Source: Thermoplasmatota archaeon (GTDB lineage: Archaea > Thermoplasmatota > Poseidoniia > Poseidoniales > Thalassarchaeaceae). Taken from it: a stretch of 64,000 nucleotides of DNA. Within the stretch, counting starts at the first letter, position 1. Each line of letters begins with the position of its first letter. Shown here in pieces: positions 49,562 to 59,658 of the stretch. The notes under the pieces are model-generated. The model was not told the DNA's origin, searched no databases, and was given only the letters and a program-made list of their open reading frames with translations. The stretch lies in assembly GCA_030828405.1 (NCBI GenBank), contig JAURCP010000002.1, positions 70,935-134,934 of the forward strand, read 5' to 3'. A program made the position numbers and the translations under genes.

Positions 49562-51732
49562 TAGAACCTACCATCCATCTCATTGAAAATTGCTACAACT
49601 TCATGATGATTTTTCACTGAAGAATTAAACTGCCGTGGCATCTTTCCAAGACCTGCAGGGGGAGCTATCAAAGCCAAAATATCATTAATCATTTTACCAC
49701 CATTTCTTGTAAACCCAAGAACCATCCTAGCAGTGACTCCAGAAAATAGATTCCCTATAAGTCCAATTGGGCCTAAGACCTGCCTATACAATACAGTATC
49801 ATTTACTTTACCACTACTTTTGACAGTCACTGCATACCACCAAACATGTTTACCATGGCGTCCATCATACCCTGTTCTTGCTAAAGTTGATGTTTTACAA
49901 TTCAATAAAGAATCGTGGATTATAGTTCCCTTGCCCTGTCTCCTTATAGAAGATAAATCAGTTTCAGCCTTAATACCGATTGAAGAATCGAGAAGTGCTT
50001 CAATTTCTTTTTTCTTACTAGGTGAGATACGTGGATCATTCCTCCTTGCCCATGCATGAGATAATATCGATGGCCCCAAATATTCTTCTGAATGAGAAGT
50101 AGCATCTGAGGAAGAATGTAGAATTGGATAACTATGAATATCTGTTATTGAATGAAGTTCTGTTGCGATAAGAGGAGTCATAGAACCAAGAGCTCCTTGA
50201 GGGGTGTTCAATCCCTTTCTAGTCGCGGACACCATCCAAGGTTTACTTATCTCACGCTTTGTTTCAAATGCCCAATGATCTACAACTAAATCTCTAATTA
50301 CTTCAAAACCGCTTAATGGCTCTATCTTGATACTAATCCCACCATCACGAATTGGAGCGGCTAAGTCTAATCTTAGATTACCGGGTAAAACATGCCTTCC
50401 GTTAATAGTGATTGCAGTTGTGGGATCGTCTACGGTTCCATCACGGAAAGTTAATGACCCATCTTGGGTATTTTTCAGAGTCCTGAGGACTTCTAGGATA
50501 GACATTTGCCCAGGTAATGCACATATCCAAGTATCTTTACCTGTTGTTGATGAAGAGGGGTCATATCTGAAGATACTAATTTCTGCACGTATAGATTCGG
50601 ATTTCAAATCTGGAACTGTGAAGCCATCCTCACCTGAAGCACCAGTTGAATCCGAAGAAATTGAGTCTTTAATTGCCTGAACCATTTCTTCATGAAAGAG
50701 TCCCTCACCATCGACTGCCGCCATTGATGCAAGGGATTCTTCGGCCCAAACCTGAGAGATTTTATCGTAATCTACATCGCAATCTACTCTCTCGACCAAT
50801 CTTGTAGCACCTAATTCCTCAAATCTTTTATCCCATTCCTTACCAGATTCACAGAATAACTCATATGATGTATCTCCAAGTGCTAGAACAGAGAAATGTA
50901 CTCCATTTAGTAGCCCGGGCGACGCTGAAACTGCTTTTTGCCATAATTCCTCTGCATTATCTGGTTGCTCTCCTTCACCCCATGTTGAACAAATAATGAG
51001 AACTCTTTTCTTTGATGATAATGAATTTAAATCGAAACCATCCATGTCAGCAACTTCCGCATCTAAACCATAGGAAGTAGCTTGCTTTGCGAATTTTGCA
51101 GCAAGACCTTCTGCGTTACCCGATTGAGAACCAAAAAGAATTGTCATGGAACGATCGCCATCTGAAGAAATCTCAATAGAGGATTCTGGGTTTTCGGATT
51201 CTACCTTACTTACTGCGGCACCGGATGCATTATTTTTCACTTCTTCCACTAAACTTTCTTGGAACATTCCAGAGTCATCTACTGCACCCATCCTTGCAAG
51301 AGTCTCATCCATCCATTCTTTAGCAGGGGTTTCATAATCAACGTCACAATCTACGCGTTGATTGATTCTAAAACCACCCTTAGACTCTAACCAAGAATCC
51401 CATTCTTTACCTGACTCACAAAATAAATCATATGATGAATCACCTAAAGCTAGGACTGAAAAATTAACTCCCGACATAGATGGAGAATCATCAGCATTTG
51501 CTGAAATCCAAAGATCTTCAGCATTATCCGGTTGCTCTCCTTCTCCCCAAGTACTACAGCAAATCATAATTCTTTTTTGTCCTGCCATATCACTTATCTG
51601 GATTTCATCCATCCCTTTTACTGTTGCTTCAAGTCCGTATTTAGATGCTGCTTTTCCTATTTTAGAAGCCACATCTTCTGAGTTACCAGATTGAGAACCA
51701 AACAGCACAAGTAGAGAACGAACGGCCGACAT
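49561..51732 (-). CDS. Fusion protein: two tandem FMN-flavodoxin modules + cysteine-less SdhB/FrdB-like domain + C-terminal region of about 100 aa with no recognised family
   Basis: Flavodoxin motifs occur twice (LFGSQSGN, STWGEGEQPDNAE, FSVLALGD.SY.LFCESGKEWD, VDCDVDY). Residues ~381-622 align with SdhB (ISIFRYDP, GSLTFR, INGRHVL, EVIRDLVVD, KPWMV, YLGPSILSHAW, LLNCKTS). SD AGGTG lies 6 nt before the ATG. Confidence 0.75.
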   Translation of the reverse strand: MSAVRSLLVLFGSQSGNSEDVASKIGKAASKYGLEATVKGMDEIQISDMAGQKRIMICCSTWGEGEQPDNAEDLWISANADDSPSMSGVNFSVLALGDSSYDLFCESGKEWDSWLESKGGFRINQRVDCDVDYETPAKEWMDETLARMGAVDDSGMFQESLVEEVKNNASGAAVSKVESENPESSIEISSDGDRSMTILFGSQSGNAEGLAAKFAKQATSYGLDAEVADMDGFDLNSLSSKKRVLIICSTWGEGEQPDNAEELWQKAVSASPGLLNGVHFSVLALGDTSYELFCESGKEWDKRFEELGATRLVERVDCDVDYDKISQVWAEESLASMAAVDGEGLFHEEMVQAIKDSISSDSTGASGEDGFTVPDLKSESIRAEISIFRYDPSSSTTGKDTWICALPGQMSILEVLRTLKNTQDGSLTFRDGTVDDPTTAITINGRHVLPGNLRLDLAAPIRDGGISIKIEPLSGFEVIRDLVVDHWAFETKREISKPWMVSATRKGLNTPQGALGSMTPLIATELHSITDIHSYPILHSSSDATSHSEEYLGPSILSHAWARRNDPRISPSKKKEIEALLDSSIGIKAETDLSSIRRQGKGTIIHDSLLNCKTSTLARTGYDGRHGKHVWWYAVTVKSSGKVNDTVLYRQVLGPIGLIGNLFSGVTARMVLGFTRNGGKMINDILALIAPPAGLGKMPRQFNSSVKNHHEVVAIFNEMDGRF

Positions 51733-51829
51733 AGAAACACCTTTACCACTAAGGGCAATATTTCGACCAATCGACGATTATTTAATGTAGCGTGTTGTAG
51801 TGATGAAATTAAGTCATTGAATTTTAGGT

Positions 51830-53440
51830 TTACATTCCCATTCCATCGAAATCTCCGCCATCCATAGGGCCAGATGCTCTGCTAGAAATAACGTCATCAA
51901 TTCTAAGTATCATTACTGCGGTTTCAGTAGCTGATTGGATTGCTTGATCAACAACTCGACTAGGTTCGAAAACCTTGCTATCGGCCATATTAGCTACACC
52001 TCCTTCGTAAACATTAACTCCAAAATCAGATTTCCCCTCTGAATGTGCTTTTCTTAAATCAATAATAGTATTTACTGGGTCCAATCCAGCATTTTCAGCT
52101 AATGTCCTAGGAATTACTTCTAAAGCACCTGAAAATGCCTCAATTGCCATTTGCTCTCTACCTCCAATTCCTTCAGCATAGGACCTTAATGACCTACTAA
52201 TTGCTGCAAGTACTGAACCTCCGCCAGTCAACACTGCTCCATCTTCGTATGCGACGGCTACTACACCAATTGCATCGTCAAATGCACGATTTATTTCGTC
52301 TATTACATGTTCTGTACCGCCTCTAAGAAGGACTGAAACACTCTTGGCATCTTTACAACCAGTGATAAAAATCATGTCTGATTCGCCTATTTTACGTTCA
52401 TCAACTTTAGAGGCATAACCTAAATCATCAGAGGATAAATCATCAATATTAGTGATGATTTTTCCTCCTGTTGCTTTGGAAAGTGCCTCCATATCACTTT
52501 TCTTAGCCCTTCTTATTGCCATTAGTCCTGATTTTGACATGTAATGTTGAGCTAGATCATCAATTCCTTTTTGACAAATTACTACTGTTGCACCTGAAGA
52601 TTTTATTGTTTCAACTAAAGATTTAAGATACGATTCTTCCTCATCTAAAAACTGAGATAACATATTTGGATCAGTAATCTGAATCTTAGCGTCTACTTCT
52701 GTTTTCTTGACTTCTATTGCTGAATTAATAAGTGCTATTTTAGCATCATTGACGACTTTAGGCATACCTGAGTGGACTCTTTCTTTATCTAAAATAATAC
52801 CATCGACTAGAGTGCTACTGCCTATTGAACCTCCTTGTTTCTTCTCAACTTTAACATCATCAAGATCTACAACTATATCTCCATCAACTTCCTGGGCGAC
52901 TGAAAGAACTGCTCTAACACATATGTCTGCTAAGAATTCTTTGACTGCCCCCGCACTCTTACCTGTCAATGCAGTTTTAGCAACTTCTGAAAGCATTTGT
53001 TCATTGATTTCAAGAGAATGACTTTCAATTAATTCAGCCGCTTTTTCTGCAGCTAAACGAAAGCCTTCACAAATAACAGTAGGATGTACATTCTGATCAA
53101 TTAAATCTTCACTTCTTTTCAATAATTCTCCAGCAATTACCACAGCGCTTGTAGTTCCATCAAAACAGTGTTGTTCCTGTGTTTTGGCGACTTCAATAAT
53201 CATTTTTGCAGCAGGGTTAGTGATATCCATTTGCTTTAGGATTGTAGCACCGTCATTGGTAATTACAACATCTCCCATCCCATCAACTAGCATTTTGTCC
53301 ATTCCTTTCGGACCTAAAGTTGAACGGACAGAATCCGCTACTGCCTTTGCAGCAGCAATATTATTGCTCTGGGCTGAACGCCCACTGGTTCTTTCAGTTC
53401 CTTCTTTTAGGATAAAAATTGGTTGTTGTCCATTGTACAT
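51830..53440 (-). CDS. ths: Thermosome subunit (group II chaperonin)
   Basis: [32 protein letters not shown]-terminal GGDFDGMGM tail. Confidence 0.96.
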   Translation of the reverse strand: MYNGQQPIFILKEGTERTSGRSAQSNNIAAAKAVADSVRSTLGPKGMDKMLVDGMGDVVITNDGATILKQMDITNPAAKMIIEVAKTQEQHCFDGTTSAVVIAGELLKRSEDLIDQNVHPTVICEGFRLAAEKAAELIESHSLEINEQMLSEVAKTALTGKSAGAVKEFLADICVRAVLSVAQEVDGDIVVDLDDVKVEKKQGGSIGSSTLVDGIILDKERVHSGMPKVVNDAKIALINSAIEVKKTEVDAKIQITDPNMLSQFLDEEESYLKSLVETIKSSGATVVICQKGIDDLAQHYMSKSGLMAIRRAKKSDMEALSKATGGKIITNIDDLSSDDLGYASKVDERKIGESDMIFITGCKDAKSVSVLLRGGTEHVIDEINRAFDDAIGVVAVAYEDGAVLTGGGSVLAAISRSLRSYAEGIGGREQMAIEAFSGALEVIPRTLAENAGLDPVNTIIDLRKAHSEGKSDFGVNVYEGGVANMADSKVFEPSRVVDQAIQSATETAVMILRIDDVISSRASGPMDGGDFDGMGM

Positions 53441-53527
53441 TAGAAATCAGCCACCTGTATTGGGATTCGGCCCACTGAAGAGACCCTCATAAGGCCTCCC
53501 ACAATAGTTGAAATAAAAAACTATGAT

Positions 53528-56500
53528 TTAAGATTCATTCTGTTGATTAATCCACGCTTGACCGTAATGTTCCCATTGTTCCATCGTCCAGCCCTCTGGA
53601 AGTCCTGATTCGGGAATCTCTGGCGCCCCTGAAACATTATTTTTCTCATCCGGCTTTAATTCTTCAACAAGAGTTTCTTGATTAGCCATTGGTGGCGGAG
53701 GTTGTTTGAATATTTCTTCTGAACCGCCATACATTGAATTTGCCACCTTGTCTTCCGAAGGTAATTCAGGAGCAGTTGGTAAACTAGGTGGAATGAAGGG
53801 ATTACCCTGAGAATATTCATAGTCGTCAAAAGTCGAGATTTCTTCTAAAGGTGAAGAAGCACTACGCATAATTCTGAAAGTTGCTAATAAGACTGCAACT
53901 AAAATTACTAAACCGACTAATATGAATATGATATTTCCTGCTAAACCTGCATATTCTCCGGCATTTGTCCCAGTATCTACTGGGTCGATCTTGAACATTT
54001 CAATACTAGCAGACATTGAAACCTTATCTATATCTCCATCAACATTGAGAGGCAATTTAAATATCTCTGAGTTATTGTTAAGATTTCTTAAATTCTCATC
54101 TGTAGCAGTTAAGAAAACTGTGATTTCCCTCATTGATTGGGCCTCTAAAACGAAGTTTTGATCTCCAGTATCAACCCTAGCATCAACTATATTGTAGAAA
54201 ATATTAGAGTTTCTATCAATGTCAGCCCTCAACAACTGAGCATCAGTTGGATGCTCATTCTTTACAGTAAAAGTAATTTCAATATCATTACCACCTTCTC
54301 TAATCTCAATTACGCCGGGAGGATTGAGTGTAATCCAACCTTGAGCACCGACCTGGAAATCTGCGTTTCCAGTACTAGAAATTGGAGATTCAGATGTCTG
54401 AGAAAGGACACTAGTAGCAGTCATCGAAATCGTTCTGTCACCGAAAGTCAATTGACCGAAAGAATATCTCACAGTAAGGTTGTGAGATTCGCCAGGAGAT
54501 ATATATGGAGTCTTACCATCATTGAGCCCTATAGCAGATGCAGAAACATCTGAAAAATGATCAAAAGAAATTTCAAAAGAATCTGCAACGTTTCCTCTAT
54601 TCCAAATACGCCAATTAACAGTTCTGGGGTCATCTCCACCACGGAAAACCTCATCTAACATATCTAAGTCTTCAACTTCAACTAAATTTGTTTGTGGTAC
54701 TGTCAACAACATTTGAGACGACATTTGATAGTCTGTATTCAATTTACTTGATGCAGTCAAGATTATTGAATAAGTTTCAGCCACAATTCCATATGGCATT
54801 GGGAGAAGCATAGTAACTGTGGTATCTCCACCAAAGGGATCAATCTCAAAGGTCTGTTCAGTATTCATTTCAAGACCTAATTTCCAATCAGATTGAATGC
54901 TTAAATCGAATGACTCAGGAGAATTACCATTATTAATTAACCTAATTTCTATTAATCTCAAAGAATTATCAGCAGGAGCAACTAGGTTGAAAACTTCTGG
55001 TTCAATGACTAACTCAGAATAAACTGGAACGACTATATTTACTTGCCACTCAGCAAGATATTGGGCGGGCGAAACGCCTGATGCAAGTAATGTAACCGAG
55101 TAAGTACCTGGAGAGACTTGAGGAGGAGCTGTAATTACAGCATCAATTAAGATATCATCAGTTAAAGCCAATTCAAGAGTAGAAACTTCTGAACCATTGT
55201 GATACCATTTAATATCGGCATTATCTACCCAGTCAATATTTGGGAAGGCCGCATCAAAACTCCAAGTTGCTATTTGATTACCAGTGTTTTTGAAAGACAT
55301 TGGTATCACTCCACTTGCTCCTGGTTCTAGAGTCGCGGCAGGGTTCTGCAATGTAACCTGCCTTAACTTACTTGAATAGGCAGGCATTACAGAAACAGGT
55401 AAACTGACAAATTCTTTTGAGAGGTTAGTAACGCCATCATTCACCCACACATTCCAGTATAAATCTTGAACTCCTGAACCATCAGGTATTGTAAGATTGA
55501 ACCATGTATCCATATAACTCAAAGCAGGTATCACTTTGCTGATTACATAATTGTCATGATCTACTGGATTGTTCGAATCAATACGTAATGGGAAATCATA
55601 CATCCATGAACGATTTGTAACTTCTGTGTAAAGTCTCAGAGTAATATCTACATATCCATTATTCTTAATATTACAGTACAAAGACGGAGGATTAGGGTCA
55701 GATGGAACAACTAAGTAAGAATTAGGAAGAGGATCATTACAATCAAAATCTAAAGTATATTGGGGTACTTTCTCAATAGCGAAAATAATGAATGAATCAA
55801 TTTGTATCCCTTGGCTTGCAAAAGAACTATTTGAATCAAATTTGAATGCTAAAGTATACTCAGCGGATGGATGTACTTCAGTCATATTCCAGACTAACTG
55901 AGACCATTCACCAGTAGTTGAGAGAGATTGAGATGAGAAATTATAGAACTCTTTAGTTCCACCTGAATCTGCTTCAATTCTCATTTCATCACCCGCAGCC
56001 ATTTCGCCCCAAGCATTTGTTACTAATTGAATAGTCAAGAAATCGAAACCCTTTAGTCGAATCTTACAGAAATTATTGCCATAATTCGAACTTACTGCAG
56101 AGTCTAGAGTACCTAATCCTAGACCATGACCGGGCTCATTACAATTGTCAAATGGAGTAAACCATCCCCACCAAAGTCTATCATGTCTGTTACTAGCATA
56201 ATTCGCACCCGGTCGAGAAACTCGCCAGTGATTTTCACCTTCTTCACTTGATGCGTTTTCCATTCTCCAATGGCCGAAACTATCTGGATTAGACGATAAT
56301 TGCCCAGTAGAATCATATCCTGCACCTACCCAAGTTGGTACATTTGCTTGTAGTTGATTTGTACAATCAATCACACTATCTCCATCTACATCGCCACAAA
56401 AGCCATTTTCCATTGGATCGTTCCAAATTGCGACTGGAATTAATCGATCTAATTCATTATTAGATTCCGTATCATCAGCTAATCCGCCATCAACTATACC

Positions 56501-56968
56501 TCTAAGTATAATCCCTCCTTCTAAGTATCCATTTTCATCTAATAAACTGTGGGCAGAACTAGGTGTCCAAACAAAGTTTGCCTTCAAAGATTGGAAACCT
56601 GAAAGAAGCATACTGACATTATATTCTGCTATCATGAAGCCGACAGGGTGCCAAATCTGGAGATACCCTTCTGCAGCTGCTGGTTGACCAGAAGAACCTG
56701 CCTGAGTATAGGTCACATTAATTTGAATTGTTTCATCTCTCATGATATATTCAACTATTGATCCATCTGGCTGAGTCCATTCTTTAGCATCTCTTGTTTG
56801 GTTTCCAATTTCTATTGACGTGATCTCGAAATCAATCAAAGATTTAGGCCCTATGTCGTCCCTATTTTCATTTTCATCTAATTCAGAATTAATAAATAAA
56901 GGTGATAAACTCATCATAATCAAAATTGACAACACAAAGATTGGAGTTAGCATACGCATGATTAACAA
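53528..56968 (-). CDS. Very large surface protein: signal peptide, ectodomain of about 1000 aa, one C-terminal TM anchor, Pro-rich cytoplasmic tail
   Basis: N-terminal hydrophobic signal (PIFVLSILIMMSLSPLF), many N-x-S/T sequons, TM LAGNIIFILVGLVILVAVLLATF, and a 112-aa tail. No catalytic motif recognised. Confidence 0.7.
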   Translation of the reverse strand: MLIMRMLTPIFVLSILIMMSLSPLFINSELDENENRDDIGPKSLIDFEITSIEIGNQTRDAKEWTQPDGSIVEYIMRDETIQINVTYTQAGSSGQPAAAEGYLQIWHPVGFMIAEYNVSMLLSGFQSLKANFVWTPSSAHSLLDENGYLEGGIILRGIVDGGLADDTESNNELDRLIPVAIWNDPMENGFCGDVDGDSVIDCTNQLQANVPTWVGAGYDSTGQLSSNPDSFGHWRMENASSEEGENHWRVSRPGANYASNRHDRLWWGWFTPFDNCNEPGHGLGLGTLDSAVSSNYGNNFCKIRLKGFDFLTIQLVTNAWGEMAAGDEMRIEADSGGTKEFYNFSSQSLSTTGEWSQLVWNMTEVHPSAEYTLAFKFDSNSSFASQGIQIDSFIIFAIEKVPQYTLDFDCNDPLPNSYLVVPSDPNPPSLYCNIKNNGYVDITLRLYTEVTNRSWMYDFPLRIDSNNPVDHDNYVISKVIPALSYMDTWFNLTIPDGSGVQDLYWNVWVNDGVTNLSKEFVSLPVSVMPAYSSKLRQVTLQNPAATLEPGASGVIPMSFKNTGNQIATWSFDAAFPNIDWVDNADIKWYHNGSEVSTLELALTDDILIDAVITAPPQVSPGTYSVTLLASGVSPAQYLAEWQVNIVVPVYSELVIEPEVFNLVAPADNSLRLIEIRLINNGNSPESFDLSIQSDWKLGLEMNTEQTFEIDPFGGDTTVTMLLPMPYGIVAETYSIILTASSKLNTDYQMSSQMLLTVPQTNLVEVEDLDMLDEVFRGGDDPRTVNWRIWNRGNVADSFEISFDHFSDVSASAIGLNDGKTPYISPGESHNLTVRYSFGQLTFGDRTISMTATSVLSQTSESPISSTGNADFQVGAQGWITLNPPGVIEIREGGNDIEITFTVKNEHPTDAQLLRADIDRNSNIFYNIVDARVDTGDQNFVLEAQSMREITVFLTATDENLRNLNNNSEIFKLPLNVDGDIDKVSMSASIEMFKIDPVDTGTNAGEYAGLAGNIIFILVGLVILVAVLLATFRIMRSASSPLEEISTFDDYEYSQGNPFIPPSLPTAPELPSEDKVANSMYGGSEEIFKQPPPPMANQETLVEELKPDEKNNVSGAPEIPESGLPEGWTMEQWEHYGQAWINQQNES

Positions 56969-57128
56969 GTCTGTTCGGTATAGAAATCGTGTAAGAAGGT
57001 TGGGGGTAAAAGTTCGTAACTAATTTAATCAAGGTAGTAATTGAATAATAGAAAATACCGATGAAAACTATGTCTGAAGATTGATAATCAATGAAGGACT
57101 TATGGATTAATTGAGTTGCGTGCAGAAT

Positions 57129-58220
57129 ATGGAGGGTAGAGCCAGTCTTTCTCATAGATTGGGATTAGCACTGATTTTACTTATTCAGATTACAATTATA
57201 CCAATAATTGGTTTCTCTCTAACATATTTAATCGAGATAGATAGAGAAAATTTTGGGATATCGATAAGAACTGAATTATTTCAATGGATTTTGATTTCGG
57301 GATTGACTTATGGAATTATTTGTCTAGCCATGGCATTAATCATTGGAGGATATCGACCATCCCCTGTTGTTGAAAGAGGAGGTTGGATTGCCTCTCTCGG
57401 ACTTAGTAGAAGAAAGTATGATCCGGAACTTATTGATAGGTCAAAAATGGCTGCTTACTCAAGTCCATATGGGAAAATGAGTAGATTAGTAGCTAAGAGA
57501 ATAAAGAATGATCATTCAGAACTATTTGCAGTACATGGAGGGTTGCAATTACTTGCAGTTCCATCACAAGTACTGTTAATTTCAATTCCATTAATAATTA
57601 TGGAAGGAATTCCAGATGACTTGATTAGGAAAGATAGTGCATTCGAGTTAGGTATGATTGGCTATATTATTGGCTTATGGGTGTCATTTAGAGTCCAACC
57701 AGTTATTTCCTTACAATTTATTGAATACGCAGCGATTTTTAGAAAAATTCTATGGAGAATAACTAAAATTTCTTGGATTCTACCAGTGATTATTTTGTGG
57801 GCATGTGCAAGAATAATACTTCAATTTTCATTAACATCATTAGGAATTGATATTTCACAATGGCATGATGTTCAATTAGAAGGCGTGATTTTGAACTTTG
57901 TAGCACCTGAAGCAGAAGTCCCACAAACAGCAATTATTGATTTCTTAGTAGCGATTTCTGTGTTGCCCATGGCAGCATTTACTACAATCAGTGTATTAGG
58001 TGGATCAAATGGGCTTTCCCAATGGATGAAGGACAAAGAGGATTATTTAGAAAATCTGTCTCAGCATAGCCTTCCTGAACCAAAAGAAAATAAAGAAATA
58101 ATGACTCAAAATATAGAAGAAATTGATACTAATGAAAAAAGTTTTGATATTATTTCTACAGATGAAAAAGACGATGAAGGTTCGAGAATGATTGATGTGC
58201 CATTCGATTTATTTGATTAA
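57129..58220 (+). CDS. Hypothetical polytopic membrane protein with acidic C-terminal tail
   Basis: Multiple hydrophobic helices. Start set at the first ATG (MEGRASL). The ORF-track TTG is at 57111. No family recognised. Confidence 0.5.
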   Translation: MEGRASLSHRLGLALILLIQITIIPIIGFSLTYLIEIDRENFGISIRTELFQWILISGLTYGIICLAMALIIGGYRPSPVVERGGWIASLGLSRRKYDPELIDRSKMAAYSSPYGKMSRLVAKRIKNDHSELFAVHGGLQLLAVPSQVLLISIPLIIMEGIPDDLIRKDSAFELGMIGYIIGLWVSFRVQPVISLQFIEYAAIFRKILWRITKISWILPVIILWACARIILQFSLTSLGIDISQWHDVQLEGVILNFVAPEAEVPQTAIIDFLVAISVLPMAAFTTISVLGGSNGLSQWMKDKEDYLENLSQHSLPEPKENKEIMTQNIEEIDTNEKSFDIISTDEKDDEGSRMIDVPFDLFD

Positions 58221-58435
58221 TCATTTAATGGAAATAAACGTTCAACTAATTTATTTAATAGTATCCATCCATTACATAAACATAGAGAAAAAGCGATAGA
58301 ATTGGGACCATATAGGTATAAAAATAACGAAGAAAAAATTAGAACACAGATACTGGCATAGATTAAATCCTTAAGTAAAAACCATGAAAGAATTAAGGTA
58401 ACTATTCCAGAGCCATATGAAAGAAAGATACTCAT
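58217..58435 (-). CDS. Small hypothetical membrane protein (2-3 TM)
   Basis: 72-aa hydrophobic ORF packed directly downstream of the aminotransferase gene. Confidence 0.4.
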   Translation of the reverse strand: MSIFLSYGSGIVTLILSWFLLKDLIYASICVLIFSSLFLYLYGPNSIAFSLCLCNGWILLNKLVERLFPLND

Positions 58436-58443
58436 ACTAACGC

Positions 58444-59658
58444 CTAAATCAATTTCGAAATAATTTCTTCGACTCTATCCATCCCTCTAGAGATGTCTTC
58501 TTGACAAATTGTGTAAGCGAATCGCAAATGTCCCTCTCCAGCATTTCCGAATGCGGTACCTGGAGAACACAGAACACCTCCCTCTAACATTTTCATAGCC
58601 AATTCTTCACTTGTATAACCCGGGATATCAAACTTTGGAAATACATAAAATGCACCAGTTGGGATATTGCAAGATACATTTGGCATTGAATTTAATCTAT
58701 CACAAATTAAATTCCTTCTCTTTTTAAATTCCGCACACATCTCTGCAGGATAATCACTCGCTTTTTCTAAAGCTTCTAAAACCGCATATTGCATGGCATC
58801 ATTACTACAAGCAGTTACATAATACTGCATTTTTGTCAATTGCTCCATTGCTTCCAAATCGGGGGATAACAAATAACCAATTCTCCATCCGGTCATCGCA
58901 AATGTCTTAGAAAAAGAGTTAATCATTATCACTTTTTCATAGCCTGCTCCTAGGAATGAAACATGTTCGGTATCGTAAACTATCTTATCATAAACCTCAT
59001 CTGTAATTAACCATAGGTCATTTTCTTGAGCAAACTGGACAAGATCATCTCTTTGTTCTTCAGTTACATTTCCTCCAGTTGGGTTACTAGGAAAGTTGTA
59101 AAGAATGGCAATAGTATTTTCATTCACACGGGATTGTAAATCTTCTATAGTGGGAACGAAACCATTCTCAAAGTGGCAAGGATACATATTTGCCTCACCT
59201 CCACAAAGAACCACATCAGTAGGGTATAAGGGAAAGTATGGTTCGGGAATTAATACATTGTCTCCAGGATTTACTAATGCAAGAAAAATATCCAGTAATG
59301 CGTTAGTTCCACTCATAGTGATACATACATTTCTTTCATCTAAACCAGAATCTCTATGATGCCATGTTTGAGCCACTTTTTCCCTTAATTCGGGGAGACC
59401 GGCCGTAGTAGTGTATTTGTTTCTACCATCTTCCATCGCCTTCGAGAAGGCCTTTATTGCGATTGCAGGAGGTTGAAAATCGGGCTCTCCTAAACCAAAC
59501 TGAATTGCATCATCGCCTGCAAGATCAAACATCCGTCTAACACCTGTCGGACGAATACTATTTGCTCTGTCTGAGAAGCGCACCACGACCCACGGACATA
59601 TGCACCGAGATATGAAAGGGATGTATAGTGGACTTCCATTATTCAATAATTTCTGCAT
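58444..59658 (-). CDS. Class I/II PLP-dependent (aspartate/aromatic) aminotransferase
   Basis: GEPDF, NPTG, PLP-lysine context SFSKTFAMTGWRIGY. The real start is probably a GTG near 59583-59586 (M/V-RFSDRANSIRP), which would remove the 20-nt overlap with the protease gene. Confidence 0.88.
   Translation of the reverse strand: MQKLLNNGSPLYIPFISRCICPWVVVRFSDRANSIRPTGVRRMFDLAGDDAIQFGLGEPDFQPPAIAIKAFSKAMEDGRNKYTTTAGLPELREKVAQTWHHRDSGLDERNVCITMSGTNALLDIFLALVNPGDNVLIPEPYFPLYPTDVVLCGGEANMYPCHFENGFVPTIEDLQSRVNENTIAILYNFPSNPTGGNVTEEQRDDLVQFAQENDLWLITDEVYDKIVYDTEHVSFLGAGYEKVIMINSFSKTFAMTGWRIGYLLSPDLEAMEQLTKMQYYVTACSNDAMQYAVLEALEKASDYPAEMCAEFKKRRNLICDRLNSMPNVSCNIPTGAFYVFPKFDIPGYTSEELAMKMLEGGVLCSPGTAFGNAGEGHLRFAYTICQEDISRGMDRVEEIISKLI

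Noticed and set aside
59583-59658. N-terminal 25 aa of the aminotransferase overlapping the protease 3' end, with an odd Cys-rich leader (ISRCICPW).
   Set aside because: The conserved aminotransferase N-terminus (RFSDRANSIRP) starts right after two in-frame GTG codons. The overlap is most simply an over-extended ORF call.
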